Part shown: in pieces, positions 36,305 to 46,484 of the stretch
Layout of the letters: each line of letters opens with the position of its first letter
Position numbering within the stretch: the first letter of the stretch is position 1
NCBI GenBank assembly: GCA_964035575.1
Contig: OZ037844.1
Location: forward strand, 186,001 to 250,000
DNA: 64,000 bases
From: Rhynchopus sp. YZ270_cl-10
Lineage: Eukaryota
Direction: 5' to 3'
Made by a program: the position numbers and the translations under genes
The notes under the pieces: model-generated
The model's database searches: none
Seen by the model: the letters and a program-made list of their open reading frames with translations, nothing else
What the model was told of the DNA's origin: nothing

Positions 36305-37276
36305 TCATTTTGGTCCATCAGACTCGGCCCGTTGCTTCAGAAGGGAACGAAGTTTGGGCACGACAGTTGTATTTGCGATGAATTCATACCCAACACCTGG
36401 GCAGTGGGGACAGAAGCAGTTCGACACTCCCATGCACTCATCGTTGGGCAGGGGGCCACATTTGTTCGCGATGGGTGTGTACATATCGAGTGTGGGGATG
36501 TCCAGTGCAGCCATCACCTCTGCAGCCTGGTTGTTCAGGTTCTGTACACAGCCGTTGTTCACAGCGTTGCAGACGTAGGCGGAGGTGAGCGCAAAGAGGA
36601 TGGTCGTGTTAGGCAGCTGCTGCTTCAGCTGTGTTGCGATCTGCGTCAGCTCGCTTTTGTACACATCAGGAAGCCCTGCATCACCGGGAATAGATTCATT
36701 GCCCAGTGGTCCGTCGTGCAGTCCAAAGTTGAACATCAGGATGTCCGGCACCAGAGTCGTACCGCTTGAGGACGCAGTAAAGAAATCCAGGCACTGCAAG
36801 CCGTACGCAGTCTCCTCAGCACCTCCATCAACGACGTCCCACGGGGAGTGCTGCACCATCGCCTCAGCCGCCATGATTTTCGCCACAACAGGTGTGTACC
36901 CAATGCTCACAGAGTCGCCCAGGATGACAATGTTCGGCATCGATGTGTTGAACGGCAGCTCTGGGCCGGGTTTGCAGACACTCTTCCCTGCGACGTCGGG
37001 TGCGTTCTCCTTCACGCAGGTTGTCACTGCGTGAGCGCCAACACCGTTCTGGGTGCACGTCGTCCCTTCAGGACAGCATGTGTACGGGTTGTTCGGGCAG
37101 CACACAGCGTTCTCCCACGGACAGCACCCCATCTTGGACTTGCTATAAGGGGCAGAACAGCATGTGGCGGAGGAGGGACACCGTGTTGCGGAGTACGCTG
37201 TGGTGCCGTTTGCGCATAGGTTCGGCCACACCGCAGCCACCAGGGCAGCGGGCACAAGCAACGCAAGGACTGCCAT
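36305..37276 (-). CDS. Secreted SGNH/GDSL-like hydrolase with granulin-like domain (paralogue 2)
   Basis: Tandem, highly similar paralogue; GDSVS and FNFGLHD motifs. Confidence 0.85.
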   Translation of the reverse strand: MAVLALLVPAALVAAVWPNLCANGTTAYSATRCPSSATCCSAPYSKSKMGCCPWENAVCCPNNPYTCCPEGTTCTQNGVGAHAVTTCVKENAPDVAGKSVCKPGPELPFNTSMPNIVILGDSVSIGYTPVVAKIMAAEAMVQHSPWDVVDGGAEETAYGLQCLDFFTASSSGTTLVPDILMFNFGLHDGPLGNESIPGDAGLPDVYKSELTQIATQLKQQLPNTTILFALTSAYVCNAVNNGCVQNLNNQAAEVMAALDIPTLDMYTPIANKCGPLPNDECMGVSNCFCPHCPGVGYEFIANTTVVPKLRSLLKQRAESDGPK

Positions 37277-37612
37277 GTTAAGGGGGGGAAGCCTCCTTCG
37301 AAAAAGGGTCTCTCTGTTAATGGTGGTGTGGGAAATTGACCAATAGAATTCGTGCAGACAATGTCAATGTCAATGAAAGCAAAAGAGAGAAAAGAGAAAA
37401 GTCTAAAAAAAAGCGAACTGACACCTGAAAGACATTGTTCCGTGAGGAAGCGACCAAGGAGGAATGTTTGGTGCTTGGCTTGCAGGAAACTGTTGGGCCA
37501 AAAAAAAAATAAAACTGGGTGGAATAACTGCAGGGGGGGAGATGCAAGTGAACAAAATGATTAAGATCAACTTTTTACTTTGTTTTTGCATATCTGTGTA
37601 AAGGCATTATGC

Positions 37613-37840
37613 TTTTGTTTTGTTTTGTTTTGTTTCGTTTCGTTTTGTTTTGTTTTGTTTTGTTTTGTTTTGTTTTGTTTTGTTTTGTTTTGTTTTGTTT
37701 TGTTTTGTTTTGTTTTGTTTTGTTTTGTTTTGTTTTGTTTTGTTTTGTTTTGTTTTGTTTTGTTTTGTTTTGTTTTGTTTTGTTTTGTTTTGTTTTGTTT
37801 TGTTTTGTTTTGTTTTGTTTTGTTTTGTTTTGTTTTGTTT
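37613..37840. repeat. (TTTTG)n microsatellite, ~45 units
   Basis: Direct inspection. Confidence 0.97.
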
Positions 37841-38173
37841 GTGTGGGAAGGCTCGTTCGGAAGATAACCTAATAACGTTATCGTCTTGATAACTAACGCA
37901 AGCAATTTGCTACCAATCCAATTAAATACCCATCCTTTGTAGTAGTACAAAAAAAATGAATAAACAGCATGCAAAATGCGCCCTGTGCACACATATTTAA
38001 AAGCAAAAAAAAAAAACTTAGATTCATATACTTTCAGTTCACAGAATTGAAAGTATTTGAGAGGGCAACACATGCACCCTTTCTTTTTTTTTTTGGTTTT
38101 AGATTTTTATTTTTATATTACTCTGATAAAGTATACGTGGAAAATTTGGTAGTACACGAAAAATAAGGAAACA

Positions 38174-39140
38174 CTTTATTTTACGCCCAGGCCAGCCGTA
38201 AAATAATGTAATACCCGTAAAACCTGTACAAAAATCCTGAGCGTAAAATAATATTACTTTATTTTACGCCCACGACCATTTTGGCTTTTTCGCCTGTAAA
38301 AAAAATTTTTTTCCCCGCAAAGACATTTTTCAGCCCCAAAAAAAAATTTTTTTTTTGGGCTCAGATGGGTCCAAATAGTGTGTCCGGCCTCGGTTGGAGA
38401 AAGTCGATCGTGGGCATTCAGACCCTGACAGGCTGTACTCAATTCCAAAATACCAAGCTGATCACCTCAAACTGCCCAACGCAGCTACATACACGGGGCA
38501 CTGCTATCGCCGTAGTGCTGCGCAATACCTCGTTGACAGCGGACTCTCAACAGAGGGGATGAAACGGAACTTCGGCTGGAAAAGTGAATCCATGGTGAAC
38601 CGCTGCGGAATACGGCGCGTTCGACCCGTGCCCAACGCGAAGTCTCCTCTCTTTTTGTGAGGCAACCAGGTCTTTCTGCAGCTCCAAGTCCTCTCGAGGT
38701 GCCTACCCAAGTCTCTCCAAGCTCTGCTGTGGTGCCAACTCAAGTCCACAAGGTGGAAATCTCGATCACCGTGAAGAACAGCTAATGACGAGGCACAGAA
38801 GACAAAACCATCAATAAATGCAAAAAAGTAAACAGCAACATCATCACAAAAATAAAGTATACCCACCCTCTCCCATTTTGTGTACAAGCCAGTCGCATGA
38901 ACCCACCAACAGGAACAACGACACACTGGACACATATTCGGGGTGCAATGATTATTTTCCACTTATACTTTCTCAATGTAAAATAAAACTCTGTATAAAA
39001 TAAAAATCAGGCCAGATTTTCCTTGTGAAGGTGTTTTTTCACTCGTTTCTAATACTGCACTCGCTGCGCTCGTGCAGTATAATCACTCGTGAAAAAACAC
39101 CTCCACGCGTAAAATCAGGCTATCTGATTTTTATTTAATA
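38174..39140 (+). mobile_element. Degenerate Crypton-like (tyrosine recombinase) element with a terminal palindrome
   Basis: 38392-38606 encodes RKSIVGIQTL / (frameshift) YSIPKYQADHLKLPNAATYTGHCYRRSAAQYLVDSGLSTEGMKRNFGWKSESMVNRC, with the YR HxxR motif and GW..S box; the expected catalytic Tyr is TGC (Cys). Long palindrome at ~39003-39133 centred on ctcgctgcgctcg. Boundaries approximate. Confidence 0.75.
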
Positions 39141-39350
39141 AATAGCTATGAACTCCCTCAAGGGAAGCAAAACCATGCAAAAAAGTTGGTACTCCTGATA
39201 ACCCCATTTTGCGTACTTGTTGCGTACTTGCTGCGTACTTGTTGCGCACTTTGTGCACGAAAAAAAAAATACAGGAATACCCTATATTGCGTACTTGTTG
39301 CGTACTTGGTATTTTTTATTTCAGGAGCACCAAAAGTTTATTTTTTTTTA

Positions 39351-39570
39351 CCGACCCTCCCCTGTGAAATTATCCCCCCCCAAAAACCGGTATTTTGCCG
39401 CCAGGGACAATTTTCAAGGGAGTCGCGGGGACAACCTTTGCTCTCCCTTCTTCACATCAAAACGGCCACCCCCTTACAGTACGAGAAATTGTCCCCCCCT
39501 CACTTTTTCCCCCAGGGGGGACAATTTCAAGGGGGTAGGAGGGGGGGACAATTTCACTGGAGAGGGTCGG
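39351..39570. mobile_element. MITE with TA TSD (Tc1/mariner superfamily)
   Basis: TA|CCGACCCTCCCCTGTGAAATTATCCCCCCC...GGGGGGGACAATTTCACTGGAGAGGGTCGG|TA. Confidence 0.85.
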
Positions 39571-39948
39571 TATTATGAAAACACCGGAGCAAAAAAAAAA
39601 CTTGAAAAAGTTCGTTTATTGTCAAAAACGGTAAAATAATGGTGCGTTTTTCTGTGCACTCAAGTGTAAAAAATAATAATGAAAAATAGCAGCTTACGGA
39701 CACTACCTCTTAGCAGCAGTGGAAATGATGAGGTTGTCTTCGCACACACATCTTTTATCAAGCAAAGACACCTCTGCGGAAGCAGAGTATTTGTGTCCCA
39801 CAAAAACCCTCAGCGAAAAACAGTTGTCCCTTCAGTCTTTTTCAGACATCATGAGCTCGCCTTTCTTTCTCAGGTCTGAGTGGTGCCTATTTATATGCTT
39901 TCAGCTCAAAGAATTAAACGAAAGCATACGCCACAACTATTAAACTTT

Positions 39949-40609
39949 CAGGGTATTAGGGTGGTTAAAAAAACTGGTTTTGAAAACCAGTTTTTCCAAA
40001 AACTGGTTTTCAAAAAAAAAAAAAAAAACAGAGAAATCTGGAGGGGGAAAAAAAACCGACACTTTTCACCAGGCCTTTCTGTAAATGTCGTCCCCAGATT
40101 AGGGTGGACTCGATTTTTTCCCCCGCATTTTTCCCCCGCCTGGTAGAACCGTGGTTGAACCATGGGAGTGCCTTTGGGAAATGGCTGTTCCTTGATTTTT
40201 TTTTGCCTGCGGCGCAATTTTTCATTTTTTGCTCCGCAAAAAAGGGTTCGTTGAGTGGCTCTGTGGTGTAAAAAGCTACATTTTTACACCGTACCCTCAA
40301 AATTTTTCGCCTGCGGCGCCATTTTATATTATTTTTTTGCTCCGCAAAAAAAAAAAATACCGTCCCTATGTTCCCAATGGTCAGCAGCGCCGAAAAATAT
40401 TTTGAGCAAAAAACAAGCTGACCTCCCCAATCTTGAAATCTGGATTCCTGGATAAGACACTGACCCCACCCCCGAAAAACCCGAAAAAAGGTGACTGTGT
40501 CCGTCAACGGTGGAGGTTTTCGCCGGAAAAACTAGTTTTCGCCACCCAGGAGAGAAAACCAGAAAAACCAGTTTTTTCCGGAATTTTGGATTTTCACCCT
40601 AATACCCTG
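39949..40609. mobile_element. Non-autonomous TIR element, 15-bp TIR, ~10-bp TSD
   Basis: CAGGGTATTAGGGTG...CACCCTAATACCCTG; left flank ATTAAACTTT, right flank ATTAAACTCT after removing the adjacent insertion; internal sequence related to ~680-780. Confidence 0.85.
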
Positions 40610-40613
40610 ATTA

Positions 40614-41059
40614 CTGGGGGGGGGGTCGAATAAAGCACGTACGTGTTTTATTAGGCGTCCCTACACTTCAGATCCTGAGGTTTAAAAAAAAAAAAAGTTC
40701 GAAAAGGCGAATAAAGCACGTACGTGCTTTATTCGCCTTTTTGAACTTTTTGGAAAGTTTTTACAATCACAATTTTTTTTCGATTTTTTTTTCGCCCAAG
40801 AGGTGATTTTGCTGCATTTCCGAGCCAATCCCGGCTTGTGGTGGGGGATATACGGAAAAATGGACAAAATTTCAGCGACTTAAATTTTCACAAAATACGA
40901 ACTACCTTGTCACAACACAGGAAAAGTTCAAAAAGTCGAATAAAACACGTACGTGCTTTATTCGACGCAAAAAAAAGCAAAAAACCCATTTTTCAAATGC
41001 GTGCTTTATTCGACGTACGTGCTTTATTCGAATTACCTCGTTTATTCGGCCCCCCCCAG
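40614..41059. mobile_element. MITE with TA TSD, inserted into the TSD of the previous element
   Basis: TA|CTGGGGGGGGGGTCGAATAAA...TTTATTCGGCCCCCCCCAG|TA; internal repeats of cgaataaagcacgtacgtg. Confidence 0.85.
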
Positions 41060-42297
41060 TAAACTCTCAAAAAATAATAAAAACCCCTTTCATCTTTTGT
41101 TTAGTTGGTACGCTACCCACGTCATACGCTTTTTTTTTTTTCTACCCCCAAAACGTCCAGAAAAGGATGTCAAAAGGGGAAAAAACCCTTAGCCTGAAGT
41201 ACAGAAATGAGGTGAGTGCACAATAATAGGGGAAAGGAATAAACTACAAGTCTCAGATGTTTTAATCATTTCCCACCACAAAGTATTTGTCCTAATAAAA
41301 AAAAAAAAATGAGGTGAATATCATTCTGTGTAAGTCAGAAAACAAAATAAAACAGCAAAAAAAAAAATAAAGATAAAACCACTCCCATTCAGACGACTTC
41401 TTGTTCAGCAACCAAGCATTCTTCTTCCAGCCAGTGAAACAGGAGCAAAACATTTTATTTAAACGTAAACTTTAAACTTAAATGATGCGGCTGACACTGA
41501 GGAAGTATGGTTTACGGCGTCCCATTGAGGGGGCGAACCCTTTTTAATTTTTTGTTCTCTTGAAATGTGTAATTTCATGTTTTCGCGAAAAAAATGCGAA
41601 CTGATCCTACAAGGGTTGAAGGAAGGTGTGTGGAAAACAATAATAACAAGAACAACTAATTGCTAAGAAAAAAAATGGGGTGTGCTGTGGATAACTCCGC
41701 GCGATTTTCGAAACCACCATAGCATCCTGGCGATTTTCTGGAGGTGCTGATGTGACGATGCCTGGTGCGATCGACGACGTGTTGTCGTCTGTGCATTATG
41801 TGTTCCTTCCGCACTGCTCTGATGACGACGACGATGCGTGGGAGCCTGTGGACGACTACGAGCTGGAACATGCCGAGGCCGCCCGAGCGAATGGTTATCG
41901 AGCCTGCCGAGACTACGTCCAATAACGCGATCGAGCAGATGGTGCTGGACGAAGAGGCCAGCCCCACTGTTTAAAAGTTTCAGATGCAGGCATCCCAGTG
42001 GGTCCAGCGTACGAAGAGCGTTTTAGCATACCTGCAGAAGAGCAGAATGCTGGCGTGTTGTAGATTATTTTTTTTCAGAGTGGAGTTCCACAGCACACCC
42101 GGTTTTTTTTCCGATAGCAATTACTTGTTTTTTTTTGAAACTTTGTTTGTTTTTGTATTGCATTTCACTGTAGAAACTTTGTAAGTTAATTTTTTTTGGG
42201 GAGAGGAGGAGAGGAGAGGAGAGGGTAGTGGAATGGTTTCAAAACAAAAAATTATTTAAACGAGTCTGGCGGCTGAAAAGCCTCAGAACACACATGT

Positions 42298-42904
42298 TAA
42301 TAAACGTTTTTAAAAATAGGATGGAACACCCCGTTCCGAAGAGGAATGCAGCCACCCCGAAAAAGTGGGGGTGTGTCGCCAGTCTGCGGTGAGAAACTCC
42401 TCCCTGAGTCAAAACTGCCGCTGGTTAGCGCTGGCTAAGGTTCCCTTTTCACCCGGTCACAATCGAGTCTCGCTCCGTCGGCGTTGACTGCACGGCAAAG
42501 CCCCTTGGTCCACCGTCGTAAAAAGACACCACAAAAAGCGTAGGTAGGTGGGGGACCGGCAGGTTACAGACAGAGGCAGTACGGAGCTAAGGTGTCGGCG
42601 GTCGCGGGTTGCCGTGGAGGCCTGCCCCCCGTGGAGGTCTTGGGATCTGGGAGTTTTGTGGAAGTAATCGGCTCAGAGTACCCTGCATTCCATGCACGAC
42701 TCGAGCTCCTTGTGGTAGGATATTGGGGTCCCGGGAAGCACCCTTCGCCCCGAGGTCCCACCACCCCAGACAGTTTGTAGGTCTAAAAGCACAACGTACT
42801 TGTCCAGGACCTGGCCGCTCTTGGGTTCTCTCGAAAAAAAGATACTAATCCCGTACGCCCGTGCACCGCAAAAATGTGCTATGGGGGGGCGGTCCGCCGT
42901 CGGG
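42298..42904 (-). mobile_element. 607-bp retroposon-like insertion with 19-bp TSD and an ingi/SIDER-like 5' end
   Basis: AGCCTCAGAACACACATGT at 42279-42297 and 42905-42923; no TIRs; minus-strand 5' end CCCGACG...CGTACGGGATTAGTATC...GAGAGAACCCAAGAGCGG. Confidence 0.75.
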
Positions 42905-42948
42905 AGCCTCAGAACACACATGTGTAACAACTGTTCTCAATGATGCGG

Positions 42949-45738
42949 TCACCCAGTTGGCGCAGCGACTCCCGTCATGTCTGGCATGTAAGAGATGGGA
43001 ATAGGAACTGCAAGGCGCCCCTGCTGCGCACACAGGTCGATGCGTGTCCTCAGCTCGGCGTCGTGTGCTGTGTCAGACTTGTCCAGGGACGCGTACGCAT
43101 CGCCCACAGAGGTCGAGTAAAGGAAACTCACAGCGTCGTTGTACCGTGTGTACAGTCCACGCTTCTCGCCTTCCTCCAGAGCGTACATCCACTCCTCAGC
43201 CTTCGCCTCGTTCACGTTCACAACTTCGTACAAGTCAAGTTTGCTCTTCTCCGACACAGCAACACGTGTAATAGCACGTATGTCCATGTCTGCCGTGTCC
43301 TGACACATCTTCCGATCGACGAGATTGCGCAGTCCCCAGGCTTTGCACCAACGTTCAATCACCCACACATGTGCACAGCACGTACCGATGATCCCGTAAC
43401 GCATCAACCCTTTGCAACCAATGTTTCCGCAGAGCACAGAGCCAGACAGCGCAGCACCGTTCACAGACAAAGTGTCGTCTGACTCACCGAACCTCAGCAG
43501 GGATGTGACCTTGTGGAGACACGTGACACAGTTGATACGATGTCCCCCCGACAGCACTGTGGTGTTGAACGAAACGTGCACCTTGTCTCCATTCACTTCG
43601 TCCACCACACCACGGTGGCTGTTCGACGCCTCTAACACCTTTGCCAGATAGACGACGTGAACCGAGCGCGCGTTGCTCCGAGTCGACATCATGGAACCAA
43701 TGAAGCCGGACACGTTTGTCACCAGCACTGACACGGATCTCTTTGCCAGATCCGTTGACATGTTCACCTGCTTCCTCTGCATCATCATGCTTTGGTTGCT
43801 GCACTTCGAAGACGCAGCAGACGACCGCGATGTTGCACTGGACGCACGGCTACGGCTACTGGACTCCTTTGTCGTATCCCCTCCACAGCTTGACTCAGGC
43901 TCTTCATTCGTCTTGAACAGCGACTGCGGCATGTACGCTTTGTACTCCTCAAGTCTGTTGATGATCTGGATGAACGCCTTTTGGATCTGGTTTGGGTTGC
44001 TCAGCTCCCGCAGGTACTCGACTTGCTCCAACTGCATCGACGCAATGGCCTTCGCACACCGAATAGCAACAGTGTTGTTGTCAAACTGCAACTTGTACGC
44101 ACGTTGGCTCATCTGGTATTTGTACAGAAGCACCACAATCGCCACCACCACAAGCACACACCCCACAGCTATCACAATGTAGTGCCACGTCTCCAGTGAG
44201 CTGCCCTGCGACACAGTTGTCACAACCTGGCTGTAGGGTGGGAGGCCAATTGTGGCCCGGTACAGGTCACGCATCTGCTCAAAGCCGTGCTTCTCGATGC
44301 GTGACCACCACATGTCGCGCAGCATCACCAGCGCCTCGTCCACAGTCTTCCCGTTGCTCACAGCCTCGCCCAGCGCAATACCCACGTCAACTGCGTAGAA
44401 CGCTCCGTCGGGAAGTTGGATGTCAGGTGCAATGTTCTTGTCGCCCACGTTCGTGATCTTCGTCGTCTCAAGGAACTCATCCGTAATCCATGTCCCAAAC
44501 AGCTTCTCCCACTCAGAATGCACCATGTGGGTCTGCCGGAAGGGTTCAAATGCATCTGTCGTTTCTGAGATGACCAACTCCTTCGACTGCTCAGGGCCAT
44601 TCACAAAGGCCATGAAATCAAAGGTGGCGTCAATATGCTGGCTGTGGTTCCCAATCACCATTGTGTACCCACCGTTCAGTGCAGCGTACGGGGTCACATT
44701 GATCTTCTCCCCATTGCGCCCTTTTGTTGCGTACGGGCACACACTCGGATCAGATGCACACTCTGTGAGCTTCCCGTCCACATCCACAGACGTCGACCCA
44801 GGGAAGGGGAACATGCGCACCTTCTCCTTCCGGGATCCAATCCACGTGTTGTTGAAGTACCGGTCCTGCATCACACCCCCAAGCCAGTTCACAACAAAGA
44901 CACACGACCCAGCAGCCCAGCGCCACCGTGGGTGTGTCATTGCCGTCTCCCCGTTCGGGAACAGATTGCAGTGGTTCTCTGGCTCACGTGTCCCTGACCT
45001 CCAGACACGCACAGCCTGCGAGAACCCACGTCTGAAGCCCTCTGCCTGCACGTTCGGCTCCATCGTGACGGGGTCGAAGAAGTATCCCTGCTCCGAACCC
45101 TTGCTCTGCATGTACGTCACTATGAACTGCATCGTGTTCTCGCCGTTCACAAGCACCGTCAGAATGTCGTCCGTGGGTCCGATGCACTCACACCAGCCGC
45201 GGTCGGGAATCCCGTCACCGTTGATGTCCTTCCCGTCGTAGAACTCAACCATCTCCACCAACTCGTCGATGGTCTGTGGCTCCTGCCCACGTGGGAAGAG
45301 GTCCGCACGCGAGAACACCCCCAGCAGGCCACCATCGGCAGGCATCCCCCATGTGCGCTTGTTGTATGCTGAGTTGTAGTCACGGAAGAACTTCAAGTAG
45401 TCGTCCCAGGCAAGGTTGTCGTCCGCACGCACACGGTCTGTCATGTCCACGAGGTAGCCGTAGTGTGCTGCCTCCTTCATCGTGTTCGCGAGGATCATGT
45501 ACCCGTCGTGGCCGAACCCACGTTCCGACTCCGACTTCATCATCGGAACCAGCGATACGCTGTTGTCCGCAACAAGCGTCACGTTCAGGCCCGTCTTGTC
45601 GTAGAACCGCAGCGCGAACTTCTCAATGGCAAGCTTTGCCCAGTCGCTCATGACAATCTTGATGTTCACCCCATCCCACTTCTTCGCGTCCACAGGCAGG
45701 CACAGGCCCAGCAGCACCACCAGCAGAGGTCTCCACAT
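42949..45738 (-). CDS. Receptor-type class III nucleotide-cyclase-like protein with an ABC sugar-binding-protein-like ectodomain; probably catalytically degenerate
   Basis: 929 aa; signal peptide; SBP-like motifs (FYDKTGLNVTL, GYLVDMTD, WGMPADG, PQTIDEL); TM WHYIVIAVGCVLVVVAIVVLLY; cyclase-like VLVTNVSGF, VDEVNGD, LCGNIG, YGIIG. Confidence 0.85.
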   Translation of the reverse strand: MWRPLLVVLLGLCLPVDAKKWDGVNIKIVMSDWAKLAIEKFALRFYDKTGLNVTLVADNSVSLVPMMKSESERGFGHDGYMILANTMKEAAHYGYLVDMTDRVRADDNLAWDDYLKFFRDYNSAYNKRTWGMPADGGLLGVFSRADLFPRGQEPQTIDELVEMVEFYDGKDINGDGIPDRGWCECIGPTDDILTVLVNGENTMQFIVTYMQSKGSEQGYFFDPVTMEPNVQAEGFRRGFSQAVRVWRSGTREPENHCNLFPNGETAMTHPRWRWAAGSCVFVVNWLGGVMQDRYFNNTWIGSRKEKVRMFPFPGSTSVDVDGKLTECASDPSVCPYATKGRNGEKINVTPYAALNGGYTMVIGNHSQHIDATFDFMAFVNGPEQSKELVISETTDAFEPFRQTHMVHSEWEKLFGTWITDEFLETTKITNVGDKNIAPDIQLPDGAFYAVDVGIALGEAVSNGKTVDEALVMLRDMWWSRIEKHGFEQMRDLYRATIGLPPYSQVVTTVSQGSSLETWHYIVIAVGCVLVVVAIVVLLYKYQMSQRAYKLQFDNNTVAIRCAKAIASMQLEQVEYLRELSNPNQIQKAFIQIINRLEEYKAYMPQSLFKTNEEPESSCGGDTTKESSSRSRASSATSRSSAASSKCSNQSMMMQRKQVNMSTDLAKRSVSVLVTNVSGFIGSMMSTRSNARSVHVVYLAKVLEASNSHRGVVDEVNGDKVHVSFNTTVLSGGHRINCVTCLHKVTSLLRFGESDDTLSVNGAALSGSVLCGNIGCKGLMRYGIIGTCCAHVWVIERWCKAWGLRNLVDRKMCQDTADMDIRAITRVAVSEKSKLDLYEVVNVNEAKAEEWMYALEEGEKRGLYTRYNDAVSFLYSTSVGDAYASLDKSDTAHDAELRTRIDLCAQQGRLAVPIPISYMPDMTGVAAPTG

Positions 45739-45778
45739 GTCGCAAATGAACTGAACGGGTGGTGTTGGCAGGGGAGGG

Positions 45779-46484
45779 AAGAGGGAATAGTTCAGAAAAA
45801 GAGGAGGGGGAAGAGGGAATAGTTCAGAAAAAGAGGAGGGGGAAGAGGGAATAGTTCAGAAAAAGAGGAGGGGGAAGAGGGAATAGTTCAGAAAAAGAGG
45901 AGGGGGAAGAGGGAATAGTTCAGAAAAAGAGGAGGGGGAAGAGGGAATAGTTCAGAAAAAGAGGAGGGGGAAGAGGGAATAGTTCAGAAAAAGAGGAGGG
46001 GGAAGAGGGAATAGTTCAGAAAAAGAGGAGGGGGAAGAGGGAATAGTTCAGAAAAAGAGGAGGGGGAAGAGGGAATAGTTCAGAAAAAGAGGAGGGGGAA
46101 GAGGGAATAGTTCAGAAAAAGAGGAGGGGGAAGAGGGAATAGTTCAGAAAAAGAGGAGGGGGAAGAGGGAATAGTTCAGAAAAAGAGGAGGGGGAAGAGG
46201 GAATAGTTCAGAAAAAGAGGAGGGGGAAGAGGGAATAGTTCAGAAAAAGAGGAGGGGGAAGAGGGAATAGTTCAGAAAAAGAGGAGGGGGAAGAGGGAAT
46301 AGTTCAGAAAAAGAGGAGGGGGAAGAGGGAATAGTTCAGAAAAAGAGGAGGGGGAAGAGGGAATAGTTCAGAAAAAGAGGAGGGGGAAGAGGGAATAGTT
46401 CAGAAAAAGAGGAGGGGGAAGAGGGAATAGTTCAGAAAAAGAGGAGGGGGAAGGGGGAATAGTTCAGAAAAAGACGGGGGGGAA
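45779..46484. repeat. 32-bp minisatellite (GAGGGAATAGTTCAGAAAAAGAGGAGGGGGAA), ~22 copies
   Basis: Head-to-tail units with no spacers; only the last units diverge. Confidence 0.95.

Noticed and set aside
30135..37346. Many plus-strand ORFs overlapping the ankyrin and SGNH genes
   Set aside because: Antisense shadows of GC-rich coding sequence
37567..38073. NKTKQ / FCFVL repeat ORFs
   Set aside because: Translations of the (TTTTG)n microsatellite
41197..41207. aagtacagaaa, the reverse complement of part of the euglenozoan spliced leader
   Set aside because: Only 11 nt match and the flanks do not
41757..41924. Short GC-rich plus-strand ORF (MPGAIDDVL...RDYVQ)
   Set aside because: About 55 aa, no recognisable motif, opposite to the cluster strand; cannot be supported
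45779..46484. CRISPR-like array
   Set aside because: No spacers, no cas genes, eukaryotic context
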